Of a stretch of DNA of 64,000 bases, positions 1 to 9,031 are shown piece by piece. A program made the translations under genes and the position numbers. The DNA is from Dehalococcoidales bacterium. GTDB lineage: Bacteria; Chloroflexota; Dehalococcoidia; Dehalococcoidales; G020351185. The notes below the pieces were generated by a model. The model searched no databases, was not told the DNA's origin, and saw only the letters and a list, made by a program, of their open reading frames with translations. Position 1 is the stretch's first letter, and every line of letters begins with the position of its first letter. The DNA lies in contig CAXXST010000002.1 of NCBI GenBank assembly GCA_963674855.2, forward strand, positions 558,887-622,886, read 5' to 3'.

Positions 1-16
1 AACAGGAGAAAAACGT

Positions 17-925
17 ATGAATAACCAGTTTGCTATCCACACAGAAGGGTTTACCAAGCATTATGGGGGTGTCCACGCGCTGGTAGATCTGAATATTGAC
101 ATCAAAGCCGGAGAGATATTCGGTTTCCTTGGTCCAAATGGAGCCGGCAAAACAACCACTATCCGAACACTGCTGGATGAAATTAGACCAACTGCGGGGA
201 AAGCCTCGATTCTGGGGCTTGATACGCATAAACAAGCCGTGGAGATAAGAAAACACATTGGCTATCTGCCGTCAGACTTGGCTTTATACCCTAACCTCAC
301 CGGTAAGGATACGCTTACCTTTTTTGCTAACCTGCGAGGCGGGGTGGACTGGTCATATGTTAACAGCCTTGCCGAGAGGCTTAACGCAGATCTGTCTAAA
401 AAGGTGGGGAACTTATCGTCAGGCAATCGCCAGAAGATCGGCCTGGTTCAGGCTTTCATGAGCAAACCGGAAATCTTTATATTCGATGAGCCCAGTTCAG
501 GGCTAGACCCGCTGGTACAGCGTGAGTTCCAGAATATGATGCGTGAGGTGGTTAAAAAAGGCTCTTCTGTGTTTCTCTCCAGTCACACGTTATCTGAAGT
601 GCAAAACGTGGCAGACAGGGTTGGCATTATCCGTCAGGGGAAACTGGCTGCTATAGAATCCATTTCGGAGCTAAAGTCAAAAGCAATTCGGCGGATAGAG
701 CTTGATTTTGATGCTCCGGTAGAAGCTTCCGTATTTGAGGCTATATCCGGGGTAAGAGATGTCGTGTTGGAAAATCACCACGTTGTGCTTTCATATGACG
801 GCAAGATAGAAGATATGCTCAGAGTGGTGATGGACAAGTATGAATTGCTGGATATCCGCACGCAGGAAGCAGACCTGGAAGAAATATTCCTCGCTTATTA
901 CCGCAGAGAGGGAGCAGCAGCATGA
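17..925 (+). CDS. ABC transporter ATP-binding protein
   Basis: Walker A GPNGAGKTT, ABC signature LSSGNRQK, Walker B IFIFDEPSSGLD. Stop overlaps the next start (ATGA at 922-925). Confidence 0.9.
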   Translation: MNNQFAIHTEGFTKHYGGVHALVDLNIDIKAGEIFGFLGPNGAGKTTTIRTLLDEIRPTAGKASILGLDTHKQAVEIRKHIGYLPSDLALYPNLTGKDTLTFFANLRGGVDWSYVNSLAERLNADLSKKVGNLSSGNRQKIGLVQAFMSKPEIFIFDEPSSGLDPLVQREFQNMMREVVKKGSSVFLSSHTLSEVQNVADRVGIIRQGKLAAIESISELKSKAIRRIELDFDAPVEASVFEAISGVRDVVLENHHVVLSYDGKIEDMLRVVMDKYELLDIRTQEADLEEIFLAYYRREGAAA

Positions 926-2592
926 TGCTGTCCAATATTTTCACAAAGTCTGTGCGTGACAGGTGGAAGGGAACGGCAATTGCTTTCGTTAGCCTAATGT
1001 TGCTGCTCCTCTTCGCAATGTCTATTTACCGCAATATTGATATAAATATCTACCAGGAGATGCCGGAAGCCTTAAAAAGCATAATGGGCATTCCAGCCGG
1101 GGTGAATGCGGGCAGCCTTGCTGTAAGCGTGTTTTTATCAGGCGCAGGAGCCTGGGTGCTTGCCGGTCTGACGATAGCATCCGGTTCGGCATCCATCGCC
1201 AGCGAGGAAAGCAATGGCACAATTGGCTTGCTCCTTGGTAATCCTAAAAGCCGCACGAATATACTGGTTTCAAAGGCTGCCGCAATGCTTTTGCTAATGG
1301 GGTTACTGGTTACAGCCTCTTGGGGGTGCACATATCTGATAGCGGGAATGCTAGGGGTGAATATGGGAGGTATGAGCGTGGGGGCTCTCTCACTCCACCT
1401 GTTTAGTGTTGCTATCTTTCACGGTTTTCTGGCAATGGCTATAGGCGCATGGACTGGAAACAGGGGCACAGCCGCAGGAATTACAACCGGTGTGATGATA
1501 GTATCTATTTTTGCGGTTGGTTTGTTGCCCCTTATAGAGGGATGGGAAAACCTGGTGAAGATATTCCCCTGGTATTACCTGAACGGCAGTGAGCCGCTTT
1601 TTAACGGCATAAACTGGGGGCACATCGGCATTCTGTGGGCTGGTATTGTGCTTTTCGCTGTTATTTCAGTAATTGGCATGAACAGACGTGATCTCAAAAG
1701 CCAGAACGTTGGTGTTACCCTTTTAGACCGTTTACGCAATTACCCGATGACGCAAAAAATTGCAGCAAGGCTGGCAGGCTCTGCACGGGTATCCCGTATA
1801 TGGATAAAAACATTTACAGAGCACCAGACCCTTCTTGTAATAACGGGGTATGTAATGCTTCTGACGGGCATGCTGATAGGAGTGATATATCAATTTATGC
1901 CCATAGAAACAATGGCGAACCTTTTTGAGGAATTTCCGGGAGCAGAAGTAATTATCGCTGCAATCGGCGGGGGCGGTGGTTTCAGCACACCGGAGGGTTT
2001 CTTTCAGCTTGAAATCTTTGGCTTGATGGCGCCTGCCGCCCTTATGGTTGTTGGCATTATGGTGGGGAGCAGAGCCCTCTCAGGAGAAGAATCACGCCGC
2101 ACTATGGGGTTGCTGCTTGCAAACCCGATACCGCGCTCAAAAATAATCATAGAAAAGTCTCTAACAATGGTAATATGTGCCGCAGTTACGGGAATCGCCA
2201 CATTTTTGGGTGTATGGTTAGGCTCCCTGTTCGGCGGGTTGGGAATTGATGTTGGCAATATTGCAGCAACATGCCTTTTGGTAACACTGCTTGGCTTGGT
2301 CTTTGGAGCGCTTGCTCTTGCCTTAAGCGCTGCCACAGGGAATGGAAGGGTTGCTGTCTTCGGGAGCATTGGCATTGCACTGGTCTCTTACATGGCGTCA
2401 TCCTTTCTGCCATTGAGTGAAAACCTTGCCGGCTTTGCCAAATGGTCTCCGTATTATTACTTCCTGGGCAGTGACCCGCTTTTTATGGGAATGAACTGGG
2501 GGCATGTGGCAATTCTTGGCGGGCTTGCGCTGGGGCTTATTGCCCTCTCTGTGCTTCTTTTCCAGCGGCGGGACCTGCGAGATGGTGGATAA
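922..2592 (+). CDS. ABC-2 type transporter permease, two fused homologous halves
   Basis: 556 aa with many hydrophobic segments. Both halves end in the same motif: KIFPWYYLNGSEPLFNGINWGH...NRRDL and AKWSPYYYFLGSDPLFMGMNWGH...QRRDL. Translationally coupled to the ATPase. Confidence 0.8.
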   Translation: MMLSNIFTKSVRDRWKGTAIAFVSLMLLLLFAMSIYRNIDINIYQEMPEALKSIMGIPAGVNAGSLAVSVFLSGAGAWVLAGLTIASGSASIASEESNGTIGLLLGNPKSRTNILVSKAAAMLLLMGLLVTASWGCTYLIAGMLGVNMGGMSVGALSLHLFSVAIFHGFLAMAIGAWTGNRGTAAGITTGVMIVSIFAVGLLPLIEGWENLVKIFPWYYLNGSEPLFNGINWGHIGILWAGIVLFAVISVIGMNRRDLKSQNVGVTLLDRLRNYPMTQKIAARLAGSARVSRIWIKTFTEHQTLLVITGYVMLLTGMLIGVIYQFMPIETMANLFEEFPGAEVIIAAIGGGGGFSTPEGFFQLEIFGLMAPAALMVVGIMVGSRALSGEESRRTMGLLLANPIPRSKIIIEKSLTMVICAAVTGIATFLGVWLGSLFGGLGIDVGNIAATCLLVTLLGLVFGALALALSAATGNGRVAVFGSIGIALVSYMASSFLPLSENLAGFAKWSPYYYFLGSDPLFMGMNWGHVAILGGLALGLIALSVLLFQRRDLRDGG

Positions 2593-2880
2593 CTATCATT
2601 ATAACTGTTGCAACTTTGTTAGGAATGTTAACTATGGAGGCTACGAAAACTCAGATATCTTTTGGTGTGAAGAGTAAGGTTGCATTGGCTTGGCTGCCAC
2701 AGGCTTATTCTTTGGCGGGGGTATCCAAACGAAAAAAGTGATATTGTTTTATATTATTATCTGCCAGCCGTAGCTTTGCTTGAAGGTGACAAAAAAGATA
2801 AAACAATATCAAAAATAACAAATAATTAATTGTAAAGAACTATATAGAATTAGCAGAAAAACTTTAAAATCGGAATACTG

Positions 2881-2915
2881 AAAGAACGCCTCCTATTGTA
2901 TAGGAGGCGTTCTTT
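2881..2915. terminator. Hairpin between convergent genes (bidirectional terminator candidate)
   Basis: Perfect inverted repeat aaagaacgcctccta / taggaggcgttcttt with a 5-nt spacer. Lies between the permease stop (2592) and the AOR stop (2940). T/A runs are part of the stem rather than a long tail. Confidence 0.55.
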
Positions 2916-2939
2916 GGCATAAGCTACTTTACTTATAAT

Positions 2940-4112
2940 CTATCTGGGGAGTCTCCCTATTGCTTCAAGCTCATCGGCAACATCTTTAAGCCCATATTTT
3001 TCAAAACAAGCCCTGGTCGGATTGCCGGTATCTTTGTCAAAACCCATAAGATCAGAGAACAGGTCGTAGCCCTTTTTCAGTTCGTCCTTGGGGATAGTTA
3101 TGCCATTTGCATCAGGCCGATCGTGTACAATGTCATTAAAGTAGTCATCTTCTTGGGTGCGGTTATTATCCCGCATATGAATGGCTCTCTCCAGAAGCAC
3201 GCATTTCAACCCGTCTTCAAGAAATTCCTCTTCAGATTTTACAATACCGGTTACGGCGCTGTAGAATCTTGCGCCGAATCCCATATCGGTTGATTTAGCC
3301 GGATCGCTGATAATACCACTATAATCCGTGCTTTCAGCGCCCCCGTCAATTGTTCTGGAATGTGATTCAAGTGAAATCTGGCCGCAGGCAATTACCGGGA
3401 AGTACCAGTCACAATAACAAAGAGAGTCAGTTTGCATACCGCTGCCGAGGGATATCCTTAATGCCTCTGCCATTCCAACTGTGAAGTTAGGCTTGACGGG
3501 TGTGCTTTCTTTAAGGTCAAAGGTATAGTAAGTGTCCTTATTCGGTGAATCAAGCTGGTTCTTAAGCAACGGTTTACCGTCGGCATCCAGATACCTTGCA
3601 CATGCCTCTTCATTACCAAAGGCTGCTTTTGAGTGACCGCGCGAATTATAATGCCTGTTTTCATCAGTCAGATTATGGAATGAATGATGGTTAGACATGG
3701 TGTCACGCGTGCCAAGACCAACAAGCATTTCAGTTAAAGGTGACTGCTCAACATCCCTTATGTCCCATTTGGGGTTGGCGCAAGAGGGGCGATAAAAGTG
3801 GTGCTCTATGGAATAGTTTTTGGTATAGTTTCTGTCATACGCATCAAGGCAAAACTGCCCTTGCTCGGCAGTCAGTCCATATTCCGATGGATTATTTTTC
3901 AGCTCCAAAGCAGCGAAGCAAATACCTTCAGCCAGCAGTTTGCCGAGTTTACCTTCCTTGTATGCCACCATTCTTGGCAGGTTTTGCGCAAACTCTATAC
4001 TGCCGGGAGGTCCGCCGGCTTCCTCTACCACCAGCTTCATAAAAGAGTCTTTCATTACATCGGGATCATTGCAGATGGACATCAGCCAGGAACCCGATGT
4101 CCGAAGCCCCAA
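2940..4112 (-). CDS. Aldehyde:ferredoxin oxidoreductase (AOR, tungsten-pterin family), C-terminal fragment
   Basis: Same strand and immediately downstream of the AOR N-terminal ORF. The frame stays open upstream to 4202 (..KNLPNFTFLDPVATRWAKEFDAYGLAGYDQLGLRTSG..). The listed start is only a TTG inside that frame. Confidence 0.8.
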   Translation of the reverse strand: MGLRTSGSWLMSICNDPDVMKDSFMKLVVEEAGGPPGSIEFAQNLPRMVAYKEGKLGKLLAEGICFAALELKNNPSEYGLTAEQGQFCLDAYDRNYTKNYSIEHHFYRPSCANPKWDIRDVEQSPLTEMLVGLGTRDTMSNHHSFHNLTDENRHYNSRGHSKAAFGNEEACARYLDADGKPLLKNQLDSPNKDTYYTFDLKESTPVKPNFTVGMAEALRISLGSGMQTDSLCYCDWYFPVIACGQISLESHSRTIDGGAESTDYSGIISDPAKSTDMGFGARFYSAVTGIVKSEEEFLEDGLKCVLLERAIHMRDNNRTQEDDYFNDIVHDRPDANGITIPKDELKKGYDLFSDLMGFDKDTGNPTRACFEKYGLKDVADELEAIGRLPR

Positions 4113-4174
4113 CTGGTCATAACCTGCAAGGCCATATGCGTCAAACTCTTTAGCCCACCTTGTGGCTACAGGGT

Positions 4175-5146
4175 CTAGAAAAGTGAAATTCGGGAGATTT
4201 TTTCAAGGGGTGGATCCTGGTAAAAATCTCCGTATGGCGTTTTCTTGAGCGTACACTTACCCTCATGTACTGTACGAGCCCATGTGTACGAAAAATACCA
4301 GCCGCAGTAGTTTCCACCACGCGCTTCCATCCCGGGGGCGAGGAAGCTATTACACCCGGCAACATCACAGCCGAAACAGTTAGAGCCAGCTTTATAATGT
4401 GGCCAGTAGGTTGCGCCCATAGCACGGGCTTCCCTTGTTGAATCACCCAGGACCATAGCCATATGTTTCTTTCTTTCCGCAAGGATGGTATCCAGGTCAG
4501 CCACTGGGACACCCCCGGTACCGCGGACGGCAATAGCCTTCAGTTTTTTAGAACCCATAATACCGCCGCCGTTTTGTCCGGCAGCATGCTTAACATCGGT
4601 TAGAATGCAGGCGCCGCGAGACATATTTTCACCGGCAGGCCCAATCTTAACCATTCTGATGCCGGGGTCGTTGCCAAGTTCCTTGCGGATAGCATCATCG
4701 GTGGCATAGGTGTCTTGCCCCCAGGTCCTGCTGGCATCCCTGATCTCTACTTCGCCATCATGAATCCAGAGGTAAACCGGGGTTTCGGAAGCCCCTGTAA
4801 CTACCACTCCGTCAAAACCGGCGAATTTAAGCTCTGGTCCCCAGGCACCGCCCATGCCGGAATGAGACCACCATTGTTTGGGGAAATTGGCTGCCTGTTT
4901 AAAGGCGATTAACGTTCTGCCATTTGTAGGTGCAGGGGTCCCGGATAAAGGTCCTGTCATAAACATAAGCAGGCTTCTTGGGTCAAAACCGTCTTCAACT
5001 TCAGGATTACCGAATTCCCATTGAATTCTTAACCCCATACCCTTGCCGCCGATATAGTCTATATAATCCAGGGTGTCAAGATTGGTGATGCTGCTATCCG
5101 TCAGATTAACAAACAAAATCTTGCCGATATATCCTCCAACAGCCAT
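4175..5146 (-). CDS. Aldehyde:ferredoxin oxidoreductase (AOR family), N-terminal fragment
   Basis: N-terminal AOR hallmarks: GKILFVNLTD, GGKGMG, GPLSGTPAPTNGR, KFAGFDGVVVTGASETPVYLWIHDGEVEIRDA, IGPAGENMSRGACI, GIMGSKKLKAIAVRG. Ends at a TAG just after a T6/A6 run (4198-4203). Confidence 0.85.
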   Translation of the reverse strand: MAVGGYIGKILFVNLTDSSITNLDTLDYIDYIGGKGMGLRIQWEFGNPEVEDGFDPRSLLMFMTGPLSGTPAPTNGRTLIAFKQAANFPKQWWSHSGMGGAWGPELKFAGFDGVVVTGASETPVYLWIHDGEVEIRDASRTWGQDTYATDDAIRKELGNDPGIRMVKIGPAGENMSRGACILTDVKHAAGQNGGGIMGSKKLKAIAVRGTGGVPVADLDTILAERKKHMAMVLGDSTREARAMGATYWPHYKAGSNCFGCDVAGCNSFLAPGMEARGGNYCGWYFSYTWARTVHEGKCTLKKTPYGDFYQDPPLEKISRISLF

Positions 5147-5764
5147 TTAAACACCTCCTTTTATCGGGTCAACCAGTTTCAGTGCCATTGTTCCCGCTGT
5201 GCAAAACTCTGCACACAGGGGCTCTCCGCCACACAGGTCGCATTTGAAACAGGTGTTTGTTTTTGGGTTATAGACCACTGCGTCAAACGGGCAGGCGTAC
5301 TGGCATTGACGGCAACCTGTGCATTTATCTTGGTCTATAACGCGGGCACCGGTGTTTTCGTCAATATACATTGCGTCAAACAGACAAGCCTGCATACAAC
5401 TGGGGGCAGCACACTGATGGCAGGTATTTATTGTAATCTCGCCATTAATACGGTCCTGGGTGACTCTTATAGCGCTTAAAGCCGGGTTTGACTCACCCCA
5501 GGCGTGTGCTGAACAGATAGCTGCGCATGTTGAACACGATGAGCAATAATAAGGATCAGCCTGCACCATTTGTTTTGCTGGCGCATATTCTCCTGGGACT
5601 TCTACTGTTTTGGTGACCTCTATTGTTTTAGTGGTTTCCTCCCCGGCGCAGGCAGATAGAAGAATGGTAGAACCTATAGCAGTGCCACCGATTAGTAAAC
5701 CAGCATCTTTAAGAAACTCGCGCCTGGTCTTTTCGCCGGACCTTTTTTTCTTTTCTTCAATCAT
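5147..5764 (-). CDS. Tat-signal, lipobox-containing 4Fe-4S cluster subunit of the AOR
   Basis: TRREFLK twin-arginine motif followed by LLSAC lipobox. Four Cys clusters: CSSCSTCAAIC, CHQCAAPSCMQAC, CTGCRQCQYACP, CFKCDLCGGEPLCAEFC. Its stop abuts the AOR start. Confidence 0.85.
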   Translation of the reverse strand: MIEEKKKRSGEKTRREFLKDAGLLIGGTAIGSTILLSACAGEETTKTIEVTKTVEVPGEYAPAKQMVQADPYYCSSCSTCAAICSAHAWGESNPALSAIRVTQDRINGEITINTCHQCAAPSCMQACLFDAMYIDENTGARVIDQDKCTGCRQCQYACPFDAVVYNPKTNTCFKCDLCGGEPLCAEFCTAGTMALKLVDPIKGGV

Positions 5765-5865
5765 AATGTAAGATATTTCTCCTTTCGACCTTCACTAATA
5801 TATTCCTAATTTAGACTGATATTAATAAAAATAGGCATCACCTCATCTCTTTTAAGTTATGCTAA

Positions 5866-6078
5866 TTATTTATTACTATCGGCTCTTTCCCATAAATTAG
5901 CAGGCTGGCATACAAAGCCGTCATATAGCGTTGCCTTGGGCTCCGCTTTCACCCGGTTTGTAATTGGTGGTTGTTTAATGCCGATGGCTGTGCGGCTAGC
6001 CTTTTTTGTTTGACTAACAGATACCCCGAGAAGATAAATTACGGGCGTCCTTTGCAGATAACATAGATCTACCTTCAT
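5866..6078 (-). CDS. Small conserved hypothetical protein (paralog of 15476..15670)
   Basis: C-terminal 40 aa align without gaps to the ORF upstream of the second oxidoreductase operon (T-IG-K-8x-K-7x-YDGF-2x-Q-4x-WE). Nucleotide differences are largely third-position. The start codon is uncertain. Confidence 0.4.
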   Translation of the reverse strand: MKVDLCYLQRTPVIYLLGVSVSQTKKASRTAIGIKQPPITNRVKAEPKATLYDGFVCQPANLWERADSNK

Positions 6079-6298
6079 CAGACCCTTCGTTTTTCAAAGC
6101 CAGCACAGCTGCGAAATATCTGTTAACTTATACGTGATGGTTATAGTATTAATATAATGTGTATAAATATTTATTAAACAAGTATAGGATATAAAAAATA
6201 AGATATAGTCAATAAAGACTTTGGAATAGACAAAGATGTTTAATAGAAGGACAAGAATAGTTAATAATTGAATGCCTGCAAAAGATTGAGGGATTGGG

Positions 6299-7063
6299 TT
6301 AAAGCATTCTTGATAATGTATTACGATGAAAAAAGTGATAGTAGCTGGAGCATGGTGAACAGTAAGAATCAGGCGTAATATGCACTATTCGGGTTTTACT
6401 ATAGAGTACCCCCGAACCGTAATTATTGTATATCAGGCGGGTATTACCGCGTTCAATCTTGTTGCGCAGGTTTTGAATATGCACCTTTAAGCAATGAGAT
6501 GAATCATGGTAGTCATCACCCCAGACGTTCCTTGACAAGGCAGAATAAGTTACTATATTTGGGTTGGCTTTTATTAATTGATATAGGATTGTTGCCTCAG
6601 TAGCAGTTAGTTTAATCTCAACGCCATTATAAATGGTTTTATGTTGCTGGTAATATAGTGTCAACTCCCCCAATTTCAAAGGAAATCCTTTTTCACTTTC
6701 AAATCTCTCTCTTAATATGGCTCTTAATCTGGCAATTAATTCCATCTGGCGGAACGGTTTAAAGACATATTCATTAGCGCCAAGCTCAAGCGCCCTGACT
6801 ATATCCTCCTCTGCAGTTGAAACAGTAAGGACCAGAATCGGGACTTGTGATAGCAGTCTAATATGTTCGATAACTTCAAATCCACTTATATCAGGTAAGC
6901 CCAAATCAAGTATAACTACATCAGGTGATTCATCTTCCAGTAATTCCAGTCCTTTTAAGCCACAGTTGGATGATACTATTTCCATGTCTGGCCAGCTTAT
7001 TTTAAAAGCAAGCGATATTGCCGATATGATTTTGGGATTATCTTCTATTATCAGCGTTTTCAT
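6299..7063 (-). CDS. OmpR/PhoB-family response regulator (C-terminus distorted by 1-nt indel; true stop probably 6385)
   Basis: Receiver domain (IIEDN, DVVILDLGLPD, KPF) plus winged-helix output. Removing one C from the C5 run at 6409-6413 gives ..YGSGYSIVKPE-stop, matching the paralog ending GVGYSLIKP. Confidence 0.85.
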   Translation of the reverse strand: MKTLIIEDNPKIISAISLAFKISWPDMEIVSSNCGLKGLELLEDESPDVVILDLGLPDISGFEVIEHIRLLSQVPILVLTVSTAEEDIVRALELGANEYVFKPFRQMELIARLRAILRERFESEKGFPLKLGELTLYYQQHKTIYNGVEIKLTATEATILYQLIKANPNIVTYSALSRNVWGDDYHDSSHCLKVHIQNLRNKIERGNTRLIYNNYGSGVLYSKTRIVHITPDSYCSPCSSYYHFFHRNTLSRML

Positions 7064-7080
7064 TTTATTATATTCACTGA

Positions 7081-8763
7081 TTATGACTGTGAAGCCAGGG
7101 GCAAAGAGAAGCAGAATGCGCTTCCTTTCTCTTTCTGCTTTTCATACCAGATTCTGCCTCCATGCAACTCTACGAGTATCTTTGAAATGGACAAACCTAA
7201 TCCAAGACCGCCAACTCCACTCTGGTTCCCGGCTCTTTTATAAGGAATGAATATCTGATTTTGCTTAGATAAGGGAATGCCACTCCCAGTATCCTCAACT
7301 TCTATTACAACATTTCCTTCCTTGAAGTAAGTTCTTAATATTATTATGCCACCGGTGTCAGTGTATTTAAAAGAGTTGTCCAGGAGGTTCATTAAAACCT
7401 CTTGGATACGATCCTCATCGGCGTCTATATATATCTTCTGAGTGGGTAATTTTACAAAGAATTGCTGACCCTTTGATTTGAATTGATGTACCATGAATTG
7501 GCCAACCTGTTTTATAATCGGCAAGATATCAATTTGCTTTTTGTTCAATCTAAGCTGACCCATTTCACCTTTTGCGATATCATAAAGCTGGTTAATTCTC
7601 TTATCAAGATTAATAACACTATTGTAGATTGTGTTGGCGTATTCTTTCCAGGGTTCTTCTTTTATTCCTTCGGATAATAACTCGCTTACCAGAAGAAGTG
7701 GCGTTAGTGGTGTTTTTGCTTCATGCACTAAAGCTCTGGTGAAGTATATCCTGTTTTTAATTTCCTCTTCCAGCTGTCGTTTCATTTGTAGTTCTTGCTT
7801 AAGTAACTTATTAATCTTTTCTTCCGTTTCCTTTAAAGTAGTTATATCATAAGTTAATCCAACCAGTCCGATAACCTCTCCTTTCTTGTTCTTATAAGGC
7901 ATTCTGCTGGTGCTTAACCATTTCCCATTTATATAATCAATAGATTTAATAAGTGTTTTTCCGCTTTCAATAACCCCCATATCCTGAGAGTGCCTTTTAT
8001 ACCAAAAGCCTGTTTTCCCATTACCTTCAATATCGCAAATTCTTCTACCTATCAGGTTTATTCCGCATAATGACCATTCTTTGCGGATAGCTTCATTGGC
8101 ATATAGGTAGTTTCCTTTGTTGTCTTTATAGAACACATAAGCTGGTATGGAATCCAATATAAATTGTAGTTGTTCTTTGGTGCGCTTATGTTCGTTCATA
8201 TGGTTTATAACTTCATTTGTGCGTTCTTCCACTAGCCTCTCAAGATGTTTCTGATAGTCTTTTAGCTCATTCTCCAGATTCTTTTGTTTGGTTATATCCC
8301 TTATATACAAAATGTTTGTAGGTATATTTTCGTAATTATTGACGGCACTTGATAATTCAATTAAAACTTCTTTGCCATCCTTGTGAATGATGGCTAGATT
8401 GAAATGCCCGGGTACCGCCTTGCCTGACATTTTCTGCCGGTGTCTTGCCAGAGAAGCCTTTCTATCCTTAGGGCTCAGCAGGTCAAAAAAGGATTTATCC
8501 AGTAGTTCAGCCTTGGTATATCCCGTTATTTCTAACCAGGTATCGCTGGCGTATATATGTACCCCTTCCTTGCCATTAATATCCCTAAGCATGACAACCG
8601 CTTCTCCCATATCTTTCCCCATCTGGATTAGAGCATGGTAGCTATCCTCTGGGGATTTGAGATTCTTTTTAGCGGATTTTGCAATCACGGTTTTCGCGCG
8701 CATTGCTTTTAGCTGCTGTTTTTTGGGAATCAGAATACTGTTATTAAATAATTGTTTACTCAT
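7081..8763 (-). CDS. Soluble PAS-domain sensor histidine kinase
   Basis: Two PAS-like regions, HisKA H-box (VHEAKTPLTP) and HATPase motifs (DTGSGIP, GGLGLGLSI). No obvious transmembrane segment. Sits 17 nt upstream of the regulator gene. Confidence 0.85.
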   Translation of the reverse strand: MSKQLFNNSILIPKKQQLKAMRAKTVIAKSAKKNLKSPEDSYHALIQMGKDMGEAVVMLRDINGKEGVHIYASDTWLEITGYTKAELLDKSFFDLLSPKDRKASLARHRQKMSGKAVPGHFNLAIIHKDGKEVLIELSSAVNNYENIPTNILYIRDITKQKNLENELKDYQKHLERLVEERTNEVINHMNEHKRTKEQLQFILDSIPAYVFYKDNKGNYLYANEAIRKEWSLCGINLIGRRICDIEGNGKTGFWYKRHSQDMGVIESGKTLIKSIDYINGKWLSTSRMPYKNKKGEVIGLVGLTYDITTLKETEEKINKLLKQELQMKRQLEEEIKNRIYFTRALVHEAKTPLTPLLLVSELLSEGIKEEPWKEYANTIYNSVINLDKRINQLYDIAKGEMGQLRLNKKQIDILPIIKQVGQFMVHQFKSKGQQFFVKLPTQKIYIDADEDRIQEVLMNLLDNSFKYTDTGGIIILRTYFKEGNVVIEVEDTGSGIPLSKQNQIFIPYKRAGNQSGVGGLGLGLSISKILVELHGGRIWYEKQKEKGSAFCFSLPLASQS

Positions 8764-9031
8764 TTAGTATTCACCGATAACTATAAGTGAAACCTAATGG
8801 TTAAATAACTTAATAACTTTAGATTTTAAACTATGAAAACTGCTATAACAAGCCATAAACGCCTTTTATGCAAGCTGTTCTTGAAAATAGCCGGGCTTTA
8901 AGAGATGGGCAATCTTGTGTGTGGGGGGGGGTATAAGATTGCAATGTACGTATAATGGGGAATTAAGCCCCAAACCGCTGCATTGTTGGTCCAACAAAAA
9001 CTTCAAAAAGTTAACCAAGCTTATTTAACGG

